IMG/VR virus record: IMGVR_UViG_3300042381_000885
DNA from: a virus
Lineage: Duplodnaviria > Heunggongvirae > Uroviricota > Caudoviricetes
Reading direction: 5' to 3' (one strand)
Length of the DNA stretch: 64,000 nucleotides
Below the pieces are notes generated by a model. The model was not told the DNA's origin, did not search any database, and was given only the letters and a program-made list of their open reading frames with translations. How positions within the stretch are numbered: position 1 is the stretch's first letter; every line of letters begins with the position of its first letter. The position numbers and the translations under genes were made by a program. Shown piece after piece: positions 57,546 through 64,000 of the stretch.

Positions 57546-58538
57546 ATGAAAAACATACACTTAATACCAACAGATAAACCAAGTAGGTTTTGGATGACTA
57601 AATTAGGTAATCTAACAAGATGTCACGATATAAAACCTATCAAAGAAGCATTAGGAAATAATGTAAACATCTACATCACTTCTGATGAAGAAATTAAAGA
57701 AGAAGGTTATGTTTTTTGGGAAGGTAAAGTTTACAAATACAGAGAATTTATGAAAATGAGAACTCCTGTATATACTAATTATTTTTCAATCATTCTTACA
57801 ACAGACCAAGACCTTATTAAAGATGGTGTACAACCTATTCCAAATGATTTTTTAGAATGGTTTGTTAAGAATCCAAATTGTGAGGAGGTTGAAATTGAAA
57901 AAGAATACAAACATTTTACTTCAGAATTATATGATTACAAAATCATCATTCCAAAAGAAGAATGGAAATGTTGTGGTGCCTTCTATGGTTGTGATAAATG
58001 CGAACATAAAAAGGAATTAAGAGGAATACCTAAAGGTAAAATAGATATGGTAGTTGGTAAACCTAAACAATCAACTAAAGATAGAATCCTTTATGAAACA
58101 CCTGAATCTATTAAACAAAAAGTAAGAGAAACTGCAAACAAGTTAGTGAAACCTAAACAAGAACCTAAACCTTTTAAGGATATGCAACAATTAACAGAAG
58201 TTGATTTCTTAAATAAATCTTTAAAAAAAGGTATTGGAGTTAAAAGAGAATTTGTAATTAACACTTCTAAATGGAATTTGGAAGATTTTGAAGAAACTAA
58301 AGATTTAACATATTACAGAGCTAATGCCGAAGAAGATTATATGAAAGTTCCAATCAGTGTATTGAGATATATTTCTGAACTTGAAAAAAGAAGTTATAGT
58401 GAGGAAGAAGTATTAGAATTACTACAAAATTTCAATCAAAATGCAATGGAATATATCAAAGAAGATGAAAAAAGTATTATGACATTTGTAACTTTGAAAA
58501 AATGGTTTGAACAATTTAAAAAGAAAATAAAGTTATGA
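57546..58538 (+). CDS. MKNIH family protein with a C-terminal RSYSEEEV...KWFEQFKK module
   Basis: Family blocks. Confidence 0.75.
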   Translation: MKNIHLIPTDKPSRFWMTKLGNLTRCHDIKPIKEALGNNVNIYITSDEEIKEEGYVFWEGKVYKYREFMKMRTPVYTNYFSIILTTDQDLIKDGVQPIPNDFLEWFVKNPNCEEVEIEKEYKHFTSELYDYKIIIPKEEWKCCGAFYGCDKCEHKKELRGIPKGKIDMVVGKPKQSTKDRILYETPESIKQKVRETANKLVKPKQEPKPFKDMQQLTEVDFLNKSLKKGIGVKREFVINTSKWNLEDFEETKDLTYYRANAEEDYMKVPISVLRYISELEKRSYSEEEVLELLQNFNQNAMEYIKEDEKSIMTFVTLKKWFEQFKKKIKL

Positions 58539-59167
58539 AAAACATACACGTAATACCAACAGATAAACCAAGTAGGTTATCAAAATCTACATCAAAAGAA
58601 GAACTAACATTTTGTTCTGATATTTATAATTTATCTAATAGACAACACATCTACATCACTTCTGATGAAGATATTAAATATGGAGATTGGTGTATTGATA
58701 AACATAATGTTGTTTATAAACAAGAAACTGATAAAATTTTTACAAAATTTAATGGTGCCAAAAAAATCATCCTAACAACAGACCAAGAATTAATCAATGA
58801 TGGTGTACAAGCTATTGATAATGAGTTTTTAGAATGGTTTGTTAAAAATCCAAGTTGTGAGATGGTTAAGATTGATAGTTATAAAACCATATATCACACT
58901 TGGATATACAAAATCATCATTCCAAAAGAAGAACCTAAACAAGAGCTTGAAAGAGGTATTACAATTACTCACGTTGGGAAACAAGAAACACCTACTGAAT
59001 TAGATTCTGTTTTGGCTAAAATAACTCATATAAATGATTTAGGTGTTTCTGAATGGTATGAGGTTGTTTATTATGCTGACGACAAATGGTGTTCATATAA
59101 TGGTAGTAAAACTTTTGAGGATGGTGAGAGAGTTATAGAATGGAAATATTGTAAAGATTGTTTGTAA
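58535..59167 (+). CDS. MKNIH family protein
   Basis: Family blocks; terminator at 59177-59203. Confidence 0.75.
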   Translation: MKNIHVIPTDKPSRLSKSTSKEELTFCSDIYNLSNRQHIYITSDEDIKYGDWCIDKHNVVYKQETDKIFTKFNGAKKIILTTDQELINDGVQAIDNEFLEWFVKNPSCEMVKIDSYKTIYHTWIYKIIIPKEEPKQELERGITITHVGKQETPTELDSVLAKITHINDLGVSEWYEVVYYADDKWCSYNGSKTFEDGERVIEWKYCKDCL

Positions 59168-59206
59168 CAAAAAGAAAATCCTCACTTAACGGTGGGGGTT
59201 TTTAAT

Positions 59207-59566
59207 TTAAGATAATCGTTTTTTTGTTTCCCATCTAACAATTTTTTTCCAATCCGCATCAAAAAAATCCCAAGATAAAACCTTATAAGAATTCAAACCG
59301 GTGTACTTTTCAAACCATTCTCTAAGTATGTCCTTAGTCTGTTCGACATCAATGGAAAACATATCGATTAAAAATTTCATAACATCCTTTGAGACATACA
59401 ACTCATTGTCTTTGGTATGATAAAGAAATATTACCTCACCATCTTTATCAACATATAAACACCAAAGTTGATTATCGTGGTCATAAATTTCCAAATCTGC
59501 ATATTCCTTGGATAACCATTTACTAATGAATCTATCTAATTGGTTTTCTGTTATAATGTATTTCAT
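59207..59566 (-). CDS. MKYIITE-tag small-domain protein
   Basis: Ends EWFEKYTGLN. Confidence 0.7.
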   Translation of the reverse strand: MKYIITENQLDRFISKWLSKEYADLEIYDHDNQLWCLYVDKDGEVIFLYHTKDNELYVSKDVMKFLIDMFSIDVEQTKDILREWFEKYTGLNSYKVLSWDFFDADWKKIVRWETKKRLS

Positions 59567-59997
59567 ACTAAATAAATATAAGGGGTTGGGGATTAACGCC
59601 TCGGACCATATAATAGATTAATGAACCACAGTTCCATCAACATCCCATAAAGAATAGGGGCCGTCACCAATACCAAGATTAAACATGGAATTAATATCGT
59701 TTTGAATTGTTCTTAAAGTTCGGGATGGTGATGCACTTAAATAACCGTGAACCATCTCACCGGAATTAAACTCAATATTAATAATTGTTAAAGTAATGTT
59801 TCGAACGGGATTACCTTCAAAAAAACTCGGTGTATGAACATTTCTTTTTGTAAAGTAAACCTTACTAACTGAATTGTAACGAGACATAATGTATGACTTA
59901 ATTAGTTTCTTAAGTTTTTCTTCGGGTATAATATATTTCATACTAAATAAATATAAGGGGTTGGGGATTAACGCCCCGGACCATATAATAGATTACT
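59562..59997. repeat. ~60-bp direct repeats flanking gene 59618-59941
   Basis: TTCATACTAAATAAATATAAGGGGTTGGGGATTAACGCC(T/C)CGGACCATA(TA)TAATAGATTA at 59562 and 59937. Confidence 0.85.
59618..59941 (-). CDS. MKYII-tag protein, paralog of 41125
   Basis: Shared motifs. Confidence 0.7.
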   Translation of the reverse strand: MKYIIPEEKLKKLIKSYIMSRYNSVSKVYFTKRNVHTPSFFEGNPVRNITLTIINIEFNSGEMVHGYLSASPSRTLRTIQNDINSMFNLGIGDGPYSLWDVDGTVVH

Positions 59998-60259
59998 CAG
60001 ATATAGTATAAAATCCCACGACTTTAATAATATCCGGATGAGGTAAAATGTATTTACCTAAGTTATTAACATATGGTATAAACTCAGAGTAATTATTTCT
60101 AATAACATCCGTATAACTCACCCCAACATAAACATGATATTTACTGTAGCCCTTACCAAATATATGAACAATCCTTGTTCCCTCCACGGAAGGATACTCC
60201 GTTCTAATAAGACGAAGCAATACTTTCTCAATAATTTCAGGATGGGTGGGTTTATTCAT
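59993..60259 (-). CDS. hypothetical protein
   Basis: Reverse TATCTTTG at 60265-60272. Confidence 0.6.
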   Translation of the reverse strand: MNKPTHPEIIEKVLLRLIRTEYPSVEGTRIVHIFGKGYSKYHVYVGVSYTDVIRNNYSEFIPYVNNLGKYILPHPDIIKVVGFYTISE

Positions 60260-61245
60260 AATCACAAAGATAATAATAAAGATTTACATAACAAAGAAAT
60301 ACTAAAGACTAAAACCATTCGTTCATACCTATGTTCCGTTCCACTTCCCTGTCGGTCAGTTCTCTCTCCACTCCGGATTCACTCATAGTTTCATTCTTCA
60401 CTATTTCTTATAATCATTATCGGTCCATAACCTTATTACTACCAATAACCCGATAATAATTGTTTTACTCACAATATATACAATTCCCCGCCTGAATGTA
60501 TTGTCCCCACCTAACGACAAGACAATGATGAGGTGGTATTAGTAGTTAATGAGGGGATTATACCTATTAGGGTATAAGACAATACCTTCGGTAAACAATT
60601 ACACCCCTTAAGGTATAATCCATCCATAACCGTATAATAAGTTATGTTTTGTATCAGTGTAGTCAGTTTAAAACTCACATGAGTGATATGAATAGTAACT
60701 TTTAACGACTTACCACCTCCCGATGGTCGGGGTTATTACATAACCACCTACGACTTGTCTTCCTTCGAACTCCCTTTGGTCGGTCTACCGACAGGGGCGT
60801 AGAATGGTTCACTAAGGGGTATCGGTTCCCTCGTTGAGGTTATAAATGTCCTATTATAGGTTCCCTAAAGGGAACTCCCCGCCTCTTGTACTACTCACTA
60901 CTGTTTTTGCCAGGTTTTATATATAGTAAAAAACTGGTCCTGTAGGGGTCGTGAGAGGGGAAAAAGTGGTCTTTACACTATAACCACACAGGATATGGTG
61001 GTAAAATGTGGGAGGACTACCCACTTGTTAACACCTCAAAGGCGGGGAAAGGGATTATCCCTTATCGAAACCTCGACTGACATTTTGACAAATCCTAATA
61101 ATTTACCCCCAAACTTATCAACAACTACACTTTTTTTTATCAACTGACATAGCGTCAGGACCATTCCCCGCCTGTTAATAACTTTATTTTTATATGTTCC
61201 ATAACTATATTTAACTGTATACGGTATTATCCGGACAAGAAAACA

Positions 61246-61512
61246 ATGGAAGATTTAATATTCAACATAGATTATATAGATGAGAAGGTGATTCGAGTGG
61301 TCATCTCAGACAACAATGTGAATCAGAAAGGGGTTCTATACTTCGAGAAGGTAAAGGCGGGGTTTAATAGGAAACCAATAAGCATGAACTCTTGGGCGTG
61401 TGTGGACGCCAAGATAGAAGGACTATATGAGATGGGAGGGGATTATTCCTCACTCGACATCTTAAACAAGTGTCAGGAACTAATATCTTCGTTTGTCCCC
61501 ACCGGTAAATAG
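61246..61512 (+). CDS. hypothetical protein
   Basis: 88-aa ORF in an otherwise non-coding tract. Confidence 0.55.
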   Translation: MEDLIFNIDYIDEKVIRVVISDNNVNQKGVLYFEKVKAGFNRKPISMNSWACVDAKIEGLYEMGGDYSSLDILNKCQELISSFVPTGK

Positions 61513-62054
61513 GTTATATATTATGGTGACTAACCACCCAAGGAATAAGAATTTTAGTAATGTTCTCATATGATTATTTAATTAACCACAAAGATAATGA
61601 TTAATATTTGATTTTACATATAATCAACTATATTTATAATGGAATATGATTGTCCCCCACAGTAGGGGATTAACCACTCAGTACCTTAGGGACGTAAAGT
61701 TTGGAATTATAGACAACCACATATAACTATTCATTATCCTACTCCACTAGCGTGTCGGTCTACGACACCCGGACCAAATGGAAGATTAAAAATCTTCTCT
61801 GTCGTGTCCATTACGTGTGGGAATTTTTTGTTTCCGGTCATCACCAAATGGGCGGGGTTTATATAAAAATATAACTTAACCTAAAGGTCAAGTATGAGCG
61901 CTGCTCCGTCCACTCTCCCCAACCCTTGTTGCGCCCCCTGTCGGGTTGATTACCGATTCAGTGGTACAAAGATACAACATTATAATAACCCCGCCAAACG
62001 GAATATTAAAAATATTCTCTGACGTATTTAACATAAGATTATATATTTATTATC

Positions 62055-62507
62055 ATGACACAGGAAGAAGTAGAAAACAATTATACCTACAAGATAGTTA
62101 GGAAGGTACTAATGAGAGAGTACCCATGGATAAAGGATGTCCAATTAGATGTCCCAAGATTAGAGAACTTTACTTATGTTATCTTCTTGGACATATTCAT
62201 TGACCCATATGAGTTGGGGAAAGAACAGGAGTGGGATGTGGCCCGGTGGATTGATAGGTCAGTAGAACAAGGGGAACAATATGAGTCCACGTCCTTATCA
62301 TTATTCTTTGTGGGGTCAACTGAAGATATGAGGGAACTAAAGAATGATGTTAACACAACCATTGAAGATGTACAACAGTCCCCCGCCATTCCACCCGAGA
62401 TGAGAATGCCTGAAGCAAGATTCACGGTAGGAAGTTTTTTTACTGTAAAAGGTTTGACTGTCCCGGAACCTGAACCGGATGAAGACATTGAAGAAGATAC
62501 TTACTAA
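62055..62507 (+). CDS. hypothetical acidic protein
   Basis: TATTTAT at 62044; downstream hairpin. Confidence 0.65.
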   Translation: MTQEEVENNYTYKIVRKVLMREYPWIKDVQLDVPRLENFTYVIFLDIFIDPYELGKEQEWDVARWIDRSVEQGEQYESTSLSLFFVGSTEDMRELKNDVNTTIEDVQQSPAIPPEMRMPEARFTVGSFFTVKGLTVPEPEPDEDIEEDTY

Positions 62508-62633
62508 CATATAACCCTCACATCACCATAACATACTGTTATGAATGGTGGGGGTTTTTTATTAACAAGGAGGGGAGGTGTCATGTTAATAACTTATGGG
62601 TGGGGTCCATACTCCCTCGTGGGGCGGGGTACA

Positions 62634-62649
62634 CCCCCCCCCCCCCCCC
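62634..62649. repeat. C16 homopolymer in a G/C-run-rich intergenic tract
   Basis: Direct count: 16 C. Confidence 0.9.
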
Positions 62650-62988
62650 TCCCTGCGGTATCCCCCCTTACTATACTGTCAAAACGTCATATAGGGGGGA
62701 TAATCCCCTAAATCAAATAAAATAATTTTTGGGGAAAAATTTACCCCTCCGGTTAGATGGTCGGGGGAATAAATCCCCCACCCTTTAATGGGGGAATAAC
62801 TCTGTCCGGAAATTAGAACTTATCTTAACCCTACCTAATGGGTGGGGTATTGACGGGGGAACACGTACTACACTATCGTTCCGTAAACACGACCCCTTCT
62901 TTTTTAAATGTCCCTTCAACGATAAAAAAAATTTTTGGAAAATTTGTGAGGAATTAGGAAATGTTATATCTTTGTAGAAAAATAACTT

Positions 62989-63609
62989 ATGGAGTATTGT
63001 GAATTACCGAAAGATTCTTTATTAACTAAATTACCTAATTTCAATTTTATTAGGGATGATGAGAAAAAGGACAGGATGAATGTTGTAATTGCCGGTGGAG
63101 CCGTCCGGGATAGTTTATTTGGGGATGAGTATAGTGATATAGACATCTTTGGATTAACTAAAGAGGATTTGGATTTATTTGTTAAGTTGAATCTATCTAA
63201 GGGTAATGGTTATAAATTGGTTTATTTCAATGAGAACTTGAGGACTTATAGAAAGGGTAAGATTAAGGTTCAGATTATATATAGGGAATATGATAAATTA
63301 ACGGATATTATTGATTCATTTGATTTTACGGTATGTCAGTTTATGTTTGATGGGGAGAAGGTTATATGTAACCCCTCCGGTTTATTGGATGTTTACCATA
63401 AGAGGATTATTATAAATCATCTTGAACCATTATTTGTCTTTGATTCTTTGAGAAGAGTTCAGAAATATATACAGAAAGGATATACCATCTGTAATGGTGG
63501 GATAAAGGACATATTGGATAAGTGTCGGGAATTGACTCAGGAACAATATGATGAGAATGTGGAATTCTATCCTAACACTAATGAATATCGAATAATTCGA
63601 TTTGATTAA
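62989..63609 (+). CDS. second nucleotidyltransferase (CCA/poly(A) polymerase head-like)
   Basis: IAGGAVRD, DIDIF, IDSFDFTVCQ. Promoter TTTG-N20-TATCTTTG at 62943-62974. Confidence 0.75.
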   Translation: MEYCELPKDSLLTKLPNFNFIRDDEKKDRMNVVIAGGAVRDSLFGDEYSDIDIFGLTKEDLDLFVKLNLSKGNGYKLVYFNENLRTYRKGKIKVQIIYREYDKLTDIIDSFDFTVCQFMFDGEKVICNPSGLLDVYHKRIIINHLEPLFVFDSLRRVQKYIQKGYTICNGGIKDILDKCRELTQEQYDENVEFYPNTNEYRIIRFD

Positions 63610-63706
63610 TATTATAATGGGCGGGGTTATTCATATACCTTCCAGTCCGGACTCACTTCGTTCGATGGAATCCCAGCCCTTTTTTGATAGTCAAGTATTT
63701 ATCAAT

Positions 63707-63979
63707 ATGAGATATGTTATAAGTGAAAGTAGATTAGAAAGAATGTTTAATAATTATATGGACTCCCAATATGATTTAACATATGATAGTTCACCTCGGG
63801 AGTTTGTGGATAAGAACGGGGATATATTTGGGTTTATGATATTATATTATCAATTTGACTATGTTGATTATTCAACGGAGTATACTTTGAATCAAATGTT
63901 TGGGGAACTTACTGATGAATTATTACTTTCTTATTTAAGGGAGAAATTTCCTGATATAAGAATTGACGGAATAGAATAA
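63707..63979 (+). CDS. MRYVISE-tag small-domain protein
   Basis: ATG at 63707 after TATTTAT at 63696. Confidence 0.6.
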   Translation: MRYVISESRLERMFNNYMDSQYDLTYDSSPREFVDKNGDIFGFMILYYQFDYVDYSTEYTLNQMFGELTDELLLSYLREKFPDIRIDGIE

Positions 63980-64000
63980 GACCCCCACCCTTAAGGTGGG

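Noticed and set aside
1710-62488. Antisense or nested shadow ORFs in the track (e.g. 1710-1970, 7718-8011, 9584-9917, 12333-12794, 17955-18314, 22377-22862, 23394-23825, 36142-36754, 49153-49473, 53126-53691, 55926-56213, 62174-62488)
   Set aside because: They overlap better-supported genes, have atypical composition and show no motifs.
1-64000. Stop-codon reassignment, as in some large Bacteroidota phages
   Set aside because: Recognisable genes are full length in the standard code and all three stops are used at gene ends.
1-64000. Prophage or IS boundaries
   Set aside because: No integrase, transposase, terminal inverted repeats or host housekeeping block seen.

Overview
This is a 64 kb, AT-rich (roughly 30% GC by eye), gene-dense segment that is most consistent with a large or jumbo dsDNA phage of a Bacteroidota host. 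The evidence is about 19 Bacteroidota-type TAnnTTTG promoters, many with the -33 TTTG, free-standing homing endonucleases, orphan methyltransferases, SmpB, a CCA-adding enzyme, a tRNA-like/ncRNA cluster and large paralogous small-protein families. No capsid, terminase, polymerase, integrase, cas or reverse transcriptase gene was recognised in the window, so the phage call is an inference. Standout 1: translated CRISPR-like arrays. At least 6 loci extend a small conserved domain with 36-nt near-identical repeats and mostly 30-nt unrelated spacers that stay in frame, degrade away from the gene body, and have no cas genes nearby. Standout 2: an integron-like array of three gene cassettes with covarying attC-like hairpins and the cassette R'/R'' complementarity signature. 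Standout 3: an RNA cluster at 17.7-21.5 kb with a circularly permuted tRNA mimic (YrlA/Y RNA-like), tRNA-like genes that keep only a canonical top half, two pseudoknotted RNAs and an approximately 870-nt GOLLD-like RNA. Standout 4: mosaic protein families built from shared N-terminal tags and nucleotide-identical cassettes. All family assignments come from motif recognition only; no database search was run.
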